Shown here: piece by piece, positions 13,596 through 25,560 of the stretch
How positions within the stretch are numbered: position 1 is the first letter of the stretch
Layout: every line of letters begins with the position of its first letter
Origin: Lama glama
Taxonomy: Eukaryota
Reading direction: 5' to 3'
DNA: 64,000 nucleotides
Assembly: GCA_028534125.1 (NCBI GenBank)
Contig: CM052816.1
Coordinates: 96,102,001-96,166,000, forward strand
Made by a program: the position numbers and the translations under genes
Notes under the pieces: model-generated
Databases searched by the model: none
Seen by the model: the letters and a program-made list of their open reading frames with translations, nothing else
Told to the model about the DNA's origin: nothing

Positions 13596-15454
13596 TTCTA
13601 GATCCTAGACACTAACAATTATGCTCTATAAATAATAAAAAAGATTTTTTAAGATAAATTCGCAACATGACTTATATATAAACTTGTTCACATATAAAAA
13701 CAAAGAAAAGAATGGTGGAATAGAAGTCGTAAGGGCCACTTAAACATAAGCACCCATCAAGAGGTATCACACAGGCCTTTTCTGGTGGCCCAGAAGGGAA
13801 GGAGAATGGCTGGTGAGGGTTATTAAGGAAGGATGCAGGGAGATTCTGGGGCTGCCTTGTGCCCTGAAATGTTCAGTGTTACCTTCAGTGTTCATTTCCT
13901 TTTTCAAATGCATATTCATTTGAGGCCTATTGCACCACCTACTAGAACACAGAAATTTATAAATTTGCACCCTACTCTTCAGTGGCTTCCAGCCTGTTAC
14001 ACTTGTCAGAGAGCAGAAGGGAAGATCGTTCAGAAAGGATGGAATCCTAACAGCACAATGGGGATATGAGAATGAGTTCAGTGAAGAGCGGATTGTGGTG
14101 CGGTTAGAGGGTCTGTGCTGGGGAAAAACAGCAGAGAAGTGAAGGACAGCTGAGCGTGAGAGGGGGTGACAGCCAGCAGAGGCAGCTCGCCGTGACCCAT
14201 GCAACCTTGTGAGGCAGAGGCAGCTTGACGCTGGGTTGCCCTCCAAAGGCTGTTGGTGGGGCCACGTGTCGGAAGTTCACAGAGACATCAGCAACTAAGA
14301 CTGTGCCTTCATCCGTCTGTGCGGATGCTGCAGGAGAGCTGAGACCCTCATGCCACTGAGTCTGATGTTTCTTCTTTCCGGCCCTCCTGGAAGATTTCTC
14401 CAGAGCAGCTGCATTCTGGCTTTCTTTCTTCATTGACTATCCGAGTATTAATTATTGAAGAGAACAATGAACACTTGAATGGGATGCCTGCTCACTTTTA
14501 TTAACTTGTTGTTACCTTATTGGTTTCTGTGGAAGAATCCAAGGTAAAAATTCTTAAGCAGAGAATTTATTACACTGATTTAGAAAAGAAAACCAAAACC
14601 AAACAAACAAAAAGCAGAGCAGAGGGCTGCAAAATATGTGAAGAAAATCACAGTGAAATGTACTAATTATATTATGCATAACATTTACCTGTTTTCCAGC
14701 TGAAGTTCTATGATGACTTATATAAAGAATTTGGTGCGCTTGACCCTAGGAAAGAATTGCCCCTTTGGAAACCCTGACTCACCCCTTAAGAGATTCAGAC
14801 TCTATCCAAGGAAGCTGGGATCTCTTTTTATTAAGTAGGTTAAATAATCCTCTAATAGAGTGAGAGAGTGATTTCTGTGCATTTCTGACTCACCTCAACC
14901 AACATGTCTGTATTTGAATACCTTCCAGGAATATTTACCTGGGTTTTTATTATTTTATTTGCTGTGATCATCGTCGTGAGGGAGCACACCCTCTGAGTTA
15001 GTTTCAGTGATTCCACTAGAAAGATTCACAGAACTCAGAAGAGTTGTTATTGTTATACTCATAGTGATGGTTGTTACAGAAAAAGGATACAGACTGAAGT
15101 TAGCAAAGGTAAAAGGCAGGCAGAACAAAGTCTAGGAGAAGCCAGGTGTGAGATTCTGTTTGTTCTGTCCCAGTAGAATCATCTGGGCAGAATTCAATTC
15201 TCTGAGCAAGATGTGTGACAGAATGTATGGAATGGAGCCAACCAGAGGATCTCACTTGAGCCTCGGTGTCCAGGGAATTTTTTGACTCAGTCAGTGGGTG
15301 CAGAACACCTGTGCAGCTGACCTTAGTTATTCAGTCTCCAGCCCCAGTGGAGGTCAGGCTGACAGAGTGTGCTCAAAGGCCCCCAGTATTAATCACATTG
15401 CTGCGTGGGCTGTCTGGTGTGGCCCAAGTCTCCCAGGTATATGAAGTCACTCTT

Positions 15455-15783
15455 TTTTAAAAAAATATTTTTATTGAAATGTAGTTGATTTACAATGTTC
15501 GTTTCAGGTGTACAGCAAAGTGATTCAGTTACACATATACATACATATTTTTTTTCTTTTCAGGTTCTTTTCCATCATATGTTATTATAAGAAATTGAAT
15601 ATAATTCCCTGTGCTATAAGTAGGTCCTTATTGTTTTTCTGCTTTATACACAGTAATATGTGTCTGTTAATCCCCAACTCCTAAATTACCCCTCCCTGCT
15701 CTTTCCCCTTTAGTAACCATAGTTCGTTTTTTTGGAAACAACCTAAATATCCATCAACAGATGGCTAGATAAAGAAGATGGGG

Positions 15784-15824
<41 letters not shown>

Positions 15825-16011
15825 TATGTGTATATGTGTTTGATGGAATATTACTCAGCCATAAAAAAGAACGAAATAATGCCATTTGCAGCAACATGGA
15901 TTGACCTAGAGACGATCATATTAAATGAAGTAAGTCAGGCAAAGACAAATATCATATGATATTACTTATATGTGGAATTTTAAAAAATGATACAAATTCT
16001 ATTTACAAACC
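15455..16011 (-). mobile_element. 5'-inverted L1 insertion
   Basis: 15455-15730 is an antisense L1 3' end (ttttattgaaatgtagttgatttacaatg...). 15731-16011 is the sense-oriented upstream L1 segment (ggaaacaacctaaatatccatcaacag...gccatttgcagcaacatgga). TSD gaagtcactctt/gaagacactgtt. Confidence 0.9.
15786..15838. repeat. (TG)n microsatellite inside L1
   Basis: Seen directly. Confidence 0.9.
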
Positions 16012-16841
16012 GAAGACACTGTTATCAGGCAGGATAGTCCAAGGTCTTAGAGATTATCTCCCAGGATCTGGTCACAGGCCAAACTTCTCTTTGGGAAGGA
16101 AGCGCTTGGTTTGAATGCCCCAGATGCGCTGAGTCAGCCGTTACTGAACAGCCTCTCACTTAATGAGTAGATCTATGCCAAAGGGAGTTACCTTTTCAGT
16201 TGGTTTTGCATGGTTCTTCACGCCTTTCTAAATTTGGCAGGGCTCTTACATTTTTAGCAGGTAGACTCTTATTTACATGAAAGTGAATATAGTTCTAAGA
16301 AGGGACGAAATGGATGCAGACATGTTGTCTGGTCCTCAGGATGTTGTCAACAGATTTGATAGAGCCATCTTCATGGTAAATTGTGAGACGGGTGAAAACC
16401 GCCTTTGCTGCCTGCAGTGGGGAGGGTGGGAACTGGTATTTCCTGAGACCCTCTCAGGCTTCCGATTCTCTGCTGGGTGCTGCGTGGGGAGTAATTTACA
16501 TATTCTTCTCAACACACACAATTGCCTTAGTACTCTCCTGTTTTATAATTTGTTACAAAAAATAATAATAAAAGCACCTGGTGGGGGCCTTGCAGCCCCA
16601 CAGAAAGAAAGTTTTGCATCTGAGACTCAACCCAAGCCAACCCAACTCCGAGACCCATGTAGCTTTCACGGAGGATGGGGCGAATGGAGGACCATTTTGC
16701 TGGAATCGGTCCCTGATTCAGTTACAGTGTAAATGGCAGTTGGTTCTGAGAAGACCCAAAGTTCATTTCCTTTTCTGTAATGGATGTAATAGAACAATAC
16801 CTCTGTATTACTAGGGAAGCCCTTTCCCTAATACTTTAGAT

Positions 16842-17178
16842 ATGTGCTGTCCAATAAGTAGCCACTAGCCATGTTTGGCTACTGGTCAATTGAAACGTGG
16901 CGAGTCCAAATGGAGATGTGTGGTCATGCAAAATATACACTGGCTTTCAGAGACTTAGAACATACACATGAAATGAAAACATCTCAATAACTTTTATTTG
17001 GATAACAAACTTTAATTAGATAATTTTTATTTTGAAAGGATATCCTGGCTGTATTGGGTTAAAGGAACTATATTGTAGGAAGTTAATTTTACCTGCGTCC
17101 TGACATTTTTCAGTGTAGCTACGGGAAAATTTAACATTACTTGTGTAGGGCACAATATGTTTTCACTGGGCAGTGCTG
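16842..17178 (-). mobile_element. MER33 hAT-Charlie element
   Basis: gctgtccaataagtagccactagccatg at one end and ctgggcagtgctg at the other; internal agacttag, atctcaataa and ttgggttaaa match recalled consensus. Confidence 0.8.
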
Positions 17179-19639
17179 TCTTGGAGCATTTATTATCACA
17201 CTTCCCTTGGGACCAGAAAGCATTTCTCTTCTTCACCCTTTAAACTGAATTATAAATGTCTTGAGGACAGAGTTCTTGTCTTATGTAGCTATGCATCATA
17301 GCCAGTACCTGCAGTGAGTCCTTCCATGTAGCTGGGACTCAAGAAATATTAGTTGACTATATAAATAAAGAATATTCTTGGTATATATCATCCTAATGCT
17401 TGACCCGAAAGTTTCTGGAAAAAACATGAGTCTGTCTTGGAAAACCTTCTATGTATAGAGAGAATCAGTACTTGTGCAAAGAGACCACCTTGGGCCTTTT
17501 TAGAATGTCTTCAGGCGAGAAGACTTCCTTGCACAATCTGGCTTGTCTCCTAAGTTCTTGGCTCCTGAATCCTGAGGTCTGTGAAGGAAGTGGCTTAGAT
17601 GCAAAGATGGCTTTTCCACTAACAAGGAGACAGAGAAGAAACTGAGTATGAATTGTGAGAAAGAGATACTATCTTCCAGAAATGATTTATTTTCTTAAAG
17701 CCAAAGTCTGACAGTTCCTGAATGTGTGGCAGAACTAAGCGTAAGAACATTTTAAAACCCAACACTTTGAGGTTGGAAGAAATTCCTGAAACTGTCTCCT
17801 GCAATCCCTGTAGTTACTCAGGGACAACAGACTCTGTTTCTATGCATCAGACTTCTGGTCCTCACTGCTTACCCAGAAAGAACATGGCCACTCTTGGAAT
17901 CATCTAAGTGCCTGTTGAATAGAAATTGTTCATTTTTATATTTTTCATCATATTAACATCATTTATAATTCCAAAGTTGTAAATCTGAAGGGAATTACGT
18001 TTTAATATTCTCTGGCCTAACATTAAGATTTTGCAATTAGATTTTATAGCCTACAGTCATATGCTGCAGGTCACAAGGCAAAATTAAGACCTTCCGCACT
18101 AGGAACGTTTCTTGTAGTTGACGCAGGGTTCTTATAAGCCAAGCAGAGTTCAGGGCAGGACAGCCCCATCACCAACTTTGTAGCTGGAGGAAAAAGCCAG
18201 TCACAGTTCAAGAGTCTGAGGGTCTCACCTAGGGTTTACATATGAATTTGCATAATCTTTTAAATAAAAAAATCTGCCTTGATGGATGGATGAGTAGAAA
18301 TTGCTTCTTGTGTGAGTTATCCAGCAATAAAAACCTGCCACTGATTAGCTGGATTCTTATCCTGCAGTCACCAGGATTAATTGCTCCAGATGGTTCAATG
18401 AAATAGGAGGTTTCCACACTCTTAAAAGTTATAAGCAAAAGAGAAGACAACGCCAGCCTGCCAGGAGGATTTTGAACTCAACTTACTGACAGCTTTCCAG
18501 AAGCTTCTCTTTACACCTTGCCAGGTGTGTCTCAGGTAACCCTTGGTCAATTCAGAATTTTAGGGGCCAGAGTAGCTTACATCTCTAACGCTGACATTTT
18601 GATCTGGAGGTTGAACAGGTATTTCTGGTATGGCCAGAGAATTGTGCAAATAGATGAAAAGTTGGAGAAACAGTGGAAATCCCAAATCCTACATTTGATT
18701 CAGAAAGGGAGTACATTTCAGTTGGTTGTGAAATGGTAGTTGATTCCACTGTAATTTTGTTTCCTAAAAGTTCCCTTAAAATACATACCCAGGGGAAAAA
18801 AACATCAAAAGCATTTATTGAGTTCTGTATTATCCTGCGATGATCTAACTTTGAGAAATGATGTCCAAAAGTCACACAAGAATTCCCTCTGGAAGCGAAG
18901 CTCGCCCTCAGCCTGCTCCGGGCCAGCCTTTACCTAACAGCCAACCCCTGATGCAGGCTGCCTGCTTCTGTCCTTCCTGGAAGAGTGAATGCATTTTTTC
19001 CTATAATTTATCAGATTTGTGGCTATTATTTAATGTTTATTTACATTCCAAATATATATGATACCATGGATTCCAGTCTGTAAAACAGCCTAAAATGAGA
19101 CCTGTGGTTTTCAATTTGTTTGGGGTTAAGGAGACCCAAATTAAGAATGCTTCAAGTAAAGTGAACTATCATAATTTTTGGTTTCTTAGAAACCCACCAG
19201 GCAGGCAGTCCAAGATGAAGCAGTGAGTTTTAGAAGAATCCAATTCCAGAGCACAGATATTTTGCAAAACTTGCCCTGGTTGGATTTTTCCTATAGTGGA
19301 CATGTGAAAAATGCATTAGTATACATCATTGCAAAGAAACAGATGAAGAGACTTGATGGAACACCTGACTCCTGGGGAGCAGATATACAAGTAGAAACAA
19401 AAGGGTCTGGCAAAGCACTGCTAGCATTTGAAAATTCTGTGTTTCATGTGTCATGTTTACAAATTAAAATGTAAATGGCAGACGCGTTGTGCTTTCTTGA
19501 CAGTTGGATCATTTTGCTTTTACTGATATAAAAATGTTTTAATTTATCGAATTGGCTATTATTGAATATTTTTCTTTAATTTTAAAGAAAAGCTCACATC
19601 AGTGGATCATTTTGTTCATTTCCTGTAGCAAGTTTTTTG

Positions 19640-19765
19640 GGGGAGGGTATAGATCAAGTGGTAGAGTGCATGCTTAGCATGCACGAGGTCCTGGGTTCAA
19701 TCCCTAGCACCTCCTCTAAAAATTAAACAAACAAACAAACAAATAAATTAATCCTAATTACCTCC
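19640..19765 (+). mobile_element. Full-length Vic-1-type (camelid, tRNA-Ala-derived) SINE
   Basis: ggggagggtatagatcaagtggtagagtgcatgcttagcatgcacgaggtcctgggttcaatccc: tRNA-Ala(AGC)-like head with A/B boxes, (AAAC)n tail, cctaattacctcc end; TSD tcctgtagcaag (19621-19632, 19763-19774). Confidence 0.9.
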
Positions 19766-19819
19766 TGTAGCAAGCTTTTGAGATGATTATTTTCCTCTTT
19801 ACTGTAGTCTTCAGTGTGT

Positions 19820-20100
19820 AACATATATGTGTATATATCTCTCTCTCTCACCATGTAACTTATGCAAATACATATGTGCACACACATATGTATATATATG
19901 AATGAACATATTGATGCCTAGATCTAGATATAAATATGTACAACTATATATATCTAGATATAAATAAGTATAAATATATTCTATATATGCCTATTTATAC
20001 ATCTATGTGTGTATATATGTGTGAATAAACATGTATATACACTACACATGAATCTACTATATATATTTCCATATATTGACATCTAAATCTAGATCTAGAT
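19820..20100. repeat. Degenerate (TA)n/(CA)n low-complexity tract
   Basis: Seen directly. Confidence 0.8.
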
Positions 20101-20894
20101 GTTTTAGTCCCTTAAAATACTACAATTAGCCAAGTTTTATGTGCTCAGATGAGTCTGACAGACACCAGTCCATGGTCTTTCCCATTCGGGTATCCTCCTC
20201 GTTTGGGGATGGGAAGAAAAATCAATTGGAGCAGAAGTCCCAGGACTTGGGTTTTTCCAATTTGCCACTCATTGGCCTGTGAATCTGGGGTCATGTAACT
20301 TCTTTGTCTTGAGTTTTCTCAGCTCTAAAATAAGGCAGAGGGTGGATTGCAGATTAATCAATATCCTGTCCTGCTGGGACTGCTTTCATTCTACTAAGTT
20401 CCGGGCAGGAGTTATTATTAAGATAACTGAGGCCTATACATTTGGAGAAAGAAATTTGGCCTGATATTTTCCAGGCTTTCTACAAAGCTAAAGTCGGGCA
20501 TAGCGTATTTGCATATTTCTAAATTAGCTCATGTAGCCAGGACCTGTCTTGGAAAGAAATGATAGAGACCTACTTTCCCCCGTTGGGGTCTTCTTCCTCC
20601 AGATGCTTTGTTGCCTGGGGTGGCCCTGGTTTGTTTCTGCTTTCTTCTGGTACTTTCTTTCTTCATGTTGTGCCCTGCGCAGTCGGCAAGCTGGGCAGGG
20701 ACATTCCTGTCCCCACCTGAAAACTCCCACCAGTTCCCTCCTTTCCAATTTTCCTCCCTTTTGGTGGGTCGCGACCGCCGTCTCCACTGAATTAATCCAT
20801 GCTGAGCTATTACTAGGTGCTAAGGATTAATGTACTTTATACATTCCTTGGAAAATTGATTTTTAATTCAGAACTTATGGAAATATTGCCTTAA

Positions 20895-21120
20895 TCCTAT
20901 CCTGGGTTTAAATTCCAATTAGCCATTTACCACTTTGTTGCATTTGGCAAGATGTTTAACGTGTCCAAAATCTCAGGGTTTTTTTTTTTTAATGTTTATT
21001 TCTACAACAAAGATTATAACTCTAGCCTCATAGATTGTGAACATTAAATGAAATAAGTTGCTAACATGTAAAATAATCTAATATAGTCCCTGAAACCAAG
21101 TAAACACTGAAAATATAAAT
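20895..21120 (+). mobile_element. MIR SINE
   Basis: cctgggtttaaattcc...ttggcaagatgtttaac...cctcatagattgtgaacattaaatga. Confidence 0.7.
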
Positions 21121-21769
21121 AGTTTTTAAAAATGCAAATAAGAGACATCAGTTATTCTGCTATATATTTTTTTCACAAGCATACATGTTTGTGTATTTCC
21201 TCCCCATTGATGACATGTTTTGTGTCGACCTGTCAACAAACACAGGCTTTGGGGCTGCAATCTGTTATAATCACTTAAAGAATTCCAGGTAGCTGACAGC
21301 CTGGGTGTATCTAATTTTGGGAGTGAAACCTGGCATCGAGGTGCTGCCAACCTGCTGCTTCGGGGCTTAGAGGCTTAGTCTTCTGAGAAATCCAGCCTTG
21401 GCGCTCTGCTTGCATCCTCCCTGCCTCTTCATTCCAGAAAGTTCTTCATCCAGTAAAGCAGATCAGTAAATGCTTATTGACATTTTCTCCCCCTTTACTT
21501 ACATCAGGACTCTTGGATCACGAAACGTAGTGAAAATGGTGCGTGCTTTTTCCCGTAGCATGTAGATCATTGTTATGAATAACGACATCAGTGAAAACAA
21601 TAAATGTATTATTTATTCAATGGAATGGGTGGCGATTTTTACATAACAGTATATATCAGTGGGAATAAACTCATTTCCAAAATGCAGAGGTCGTCGATGT
21701 TTCTTTCTTCCCGTCACTTCACGGGTGGGTCGCTCACGAAGCCACATTTCAGCTGTGCTGCCGGTTACA

Positions 21770-21955
21770 CACGCAGTGCAGCGGCTGGAAACGCCAGCTC
21801 CAGCAGTGGGAGCTGAGTCTCACTCCCGCCCACGTCGGCAAGTCTCAGTTTCCTCACCTACAGTAGGGAGGGGGTGAGACGTGCAGGAGTTGTCCCCTGT
21901 GAAGTACATGGAATAGTTCCTAGCATGGGGCATATACGATTTAAACATGAGCTAT
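21770..21955 (+). mobile_element. MIR SINE (GC-enriched copy)
   Basis: Core gtctcagtttcctcacctacag and tail gtgaagtacatggaatagttcctagcat. Confidence 0.55.
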
Positions 21956-23200
21956 TTTTGTTAGCTCTTTACCAGTAAGCATGCTATTAGCATTATTACT
22001 ACTGCATGTTACGCAGTATTAGATGTAGATTAAACCAAAATATAACTTCATGGGAATTAGAAAGAGCAGGTCTTGATTTGCACGTTTACTTCTATATATT
22101 TATGTTGCTCCCTGCGCTCTGGTGCCTTTCAACAGTCGTTACACACCATCCCCCCAGCCCCGCCCAGTTTCGCTCCTGACTCGGTTTCCAATATGGGTTC
22201 CAAGTTCCGCAAAGAAGTTTCGCAATCCTGCTTTCTCTGCTCCTTCATGGACTGTGGTTTGAAGGAGTGAAGGATGACAGTCAGGCTACCCAGAGTCGCC
22301 CTCCTGCAACCTGGGGGGTCTCACTGCTCAGCGAGTGACCCCGCGAGGCAGTTGGGTCTCCACACAGTCAGCGCTGCAGGCATCCGCCCACGGAGGAGCC
22401 ACCCTTCTGGTCTTTGGAACGAGTGTCAGTTTTCTGACAAGTGCTGTTGTTCAACAGCAGAAGCTCTGTGACTCTTACTCCTCAAACTCCAAAACGTTTT
22501 CTTAACATACGCCATTACTAACTCGGACAATTTCGGAGTTTCTGCTATTTTTTAGTGGTAACTTTTACTCCTTTTTCTTTTTCTTTTCTTTCTTTTTTGG
22601 GGGGTAGAGAAGACTAACTTGAATCTGTTAAACTAGTCTCTAATTGTTATATGCCAATTATTTAGATCAAATTTAGTTGTACTGATACATATTCATGGAA
22701 GTAATTTCTTCTTGAAGCTGTAATACTGAGTTCTTTAAAAAATTGAATCAATATACTTTTTTGATAGCCTGTTTATAAGTTGATCATGTGGGTGCCTGTG
22801 TAGTAATAAGAGAAGGCAAAATGAGTCATCAAAGCTAATGTTGCAATAGAAAATCATTGCCAGAGGCCAAGTTTCAACAATCACGTTTGTGTAATGAATG
22901 GATTAGCTAGGATGATTAACATCAAATATTAAAAATTATCGACAAAATATTCAATTTGGATTTATAGATTTTATCTTACCACTTACCTTTCAAACAGTGG
23001 CCATACTGGCTGCCATTTTTAAGTTCCATTTCATCACATAGTTCTTCCTGCAAGATCAGAAGGGAGTGATGGGGAAAATGTAAACTCATTATTTTGGGGG
23101 GAAATGAGCACATATTAAGAAAACCAGTGTTAGTGAAAATTGGATCTCCCCCGCTCCCCACATGCTCTGCCCCTCCCTGCTCTCCTCCGTCTCCCTGCCT

Positions 23201-23437
23201 TGTTTTTATTGAAGTACATTCAGTTATAATGAGTCCATTTCTGGTGTAAAGCACAATGTCCTAGTGATACGAATACACACATATATTCATTTCTATATTC
23301 TTTTTCATTAAAGGTTATTACAAGATATTGAATATAGTTCCCTTGCTATACAGAAGAAATTTTTTAAAATCTATTTTTATATATAGTAGCTAACATTTGC
23401 AAATCTCAAACTCCCAAATTTCTCCGTTCCCACCCCC
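23201..23437 (-). mobile_element. 5'-truncated L1 3' end (camelid type)
   Basis: ttttattgaagtacattcagtt...ggttattacaagatattgaatatagttcccttgctatacag...ttgcaaatctcaaactcccaaattt. Confidence 0.88.
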
Positions 23438-25059
23438 TGATCTTTCTTGGCATCTGGTGAGCTCGTTCACCACACCTGTCCTGTTGCTCGCTCCTCTCCT
23501 GCTTCCCTTGACTCTGTTCTCCCCTGGCTTTTCCTGTGCATCCTTAACTGTTCATTTTCTGATTCCTTAGAAAGCAGCATGATAAATTCTTCACGCCATT
23601 ATGGAAGCCTGTTATTGAGGTGGCGAATTCTACTGTAGATTTTCTGATGTTATGGTTATTAAGCTGTCCTCCTGTCCCTGGGGTAAAGGGCATCCCGTCT
23701 GAGACAGTGTGCGTGTGTGTGCCCGTGCATGCGTATCTCTGTGTGTGACATGCTGATGAAGGTATTTCCTTAGGAATGTGTCCAGTCCTGTTCTTAGATG
23801 AGGATTGCCCGTGATCTTCCTTTCTTCAAAACGTCCTGTCCAGCCTTAGTATCAAGACTATCAAGGTCACAGTGGCCTCGAAACCGCAGAGAGAAGCTTT
23901 ACCTCTTTGTTTAATCTCTGACATAATCTGCGTAAAATTGGGATCCTGTGTTCCTTAAGGAGTTGGTAAAACTTACATGTAAAACCAAGCCTACAGCTCT
24001 TTCTGATGGACTACACATGGGAGTTTATTATGTATGTTGTTTGCTTGTTTGAAACTGTAATGACAAAAGAGTGTAATGAAAATGTGTTTTAAAAGATTTC
24101 TTTTCTTAAATGGAGGAGTGTGCAGATCCTTTTACACAGAAGGGAAGGGACTTGGTAACATTGGAGACATTAGAGGAAAAAAGAGGCAATTTAGGGAAGG
24201 AATTGAAGAGGAAGGAAAAAACGGGATTGAAAGCAAAGTTGCAGGGACTGGTCATCAAAAGAGGCTGAACAGCATGATTCTGATCTTACAGGGGAGTTGA
24301 AAGGACAGGTACTGATGCAGGAATCTTTTCAGCTAGAGAGATGGGGTGGGGCAGGACTTTCCATCACGGCCCTGATGGTATCCTGTAAGACAGAGGGCTG
24401 TGTGTTACCCAGGGTTGAGATACTCCCGTCCTCTCAAGGAACACACAGGGAAATCCCAAAAGAAGAGCACCTGTGGATTGTCCAGCTTTGATCTAGTGTT
24501 AACCATAAAAATATCTAGTTTTAATGGGGAAGCTCATTAGAAATTTAAATTAGGAAAATTGAACAATATTGACAGAATTATATGATGTTCACTCATTTTC
24601 CCTCTATACTTGGTTCCTTTTATCACTCGAGGGTGCTTTAGGAAGTAGTGGAACCATGTCCCTGTTGCTCAGTGTGGGAACCAAAACCTGAAATATGCCT
24701 CTTCACCCTTTGCTTTCTCTCTCCCAATTCTTCTCAATGAAAAGAAAGGTGAACGCACGGGAAATGCATTAACTGATTTTCTTCTCCTGTCTTTTCAGAG
24801 TCTTCTCTCCCCTTGTGTGGCTCATGCTTCCATGTCTGGAACACGAAGGTCAGCCCTTGGCCCTCTGTTCTGCCTTCACACCAGCTCCTCCACAGCAATG
24901 ACTTGAATAGGACACATGGGCCCGGCTCTGGAAGCTGTGGGTTTTGGGGTGTGGAGCCCTGGACGTGCACTTAGGACTCCAGCCCTGGCAGGGCTCCCTG
25001 GTCCTGAGTTTCCTAACTGCAGGATGAGCCTCTTGAACTAAAACCACCCTAGGGACTCT

Positions 25060-25560
25060 TCTAGGTCTTAGGGATGCATAGCAATGACTGACTCTGGAGT
25101 CAAAGCGTCACTGGGAGTTTTTCATAGGTAACATTCTCCATGGTGGCACCTGAGACCATCATCTCCCTCTAAGACCAGCCACGCCCCCTGACATCTGTGT
25201 CTCAGTCATCATTGTTCTCCTCTTCCTTGAATCTCAAAATTTGTGTTTTCTTTCACTTGTTACCTTTGGCCTCTTCTCCGATTAGTGATCAAACCAGCTA
25301 GACTTTCCCATTGCATAGTCTCTGCATTTTTAGAGCCGCTGCCTAAATTGCGTATTTTTTAGTTTTTCAATCTAATATCCTTGCCTCCATTCCCTACTCC
25401 TTCCCAGATGCCAGCAGCCCTTTCATATCCCTAAGATGCTTGCTTTATCGTGTCCAGTGCTTGCTGGAAAATTTTTCAGAGCCTTGTGATCACAGATGAG
25501 GTCAAGTCCAGACTTTTTAACCTGTAAGTGAATTCTTTTACAGTTATACTTAAATATACC
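25060..25560 (+). mobile_element. L2 fragment
   Basis: Pyrimidine-rich L2-like motifs such as ttgcctccattccctactcc and gatcacagatgaggtcaagtccagact. Confidence 0.45.

Larger units (their letters stand above)
14965..16150 (-). mobile_element. MER21-family ERV LTR, split by an L1 insertion
   Basis: cacagaactcagaa, aaaggatacagactgaagttagcaaagg, gagcctcggtgtccaggg, and ttatcaggcaggat...ccaagg resemble recalled MER21B/C; sequence is colinear on both sides of the L1. Confidence 0.8.

Noticed and set aside
13767..14433. 159-aa and 109-aa minus-strand ORFs
   Set aside because: No recognisable homology or exon structure; consistent with chance.
19640..19716. Functional tRNA-Ala(AGC) gene
   Set aside because: Followed by a SINE-specific A-rich tail and flanked by a TSD; D-arm and acceptor stem have mismatches.
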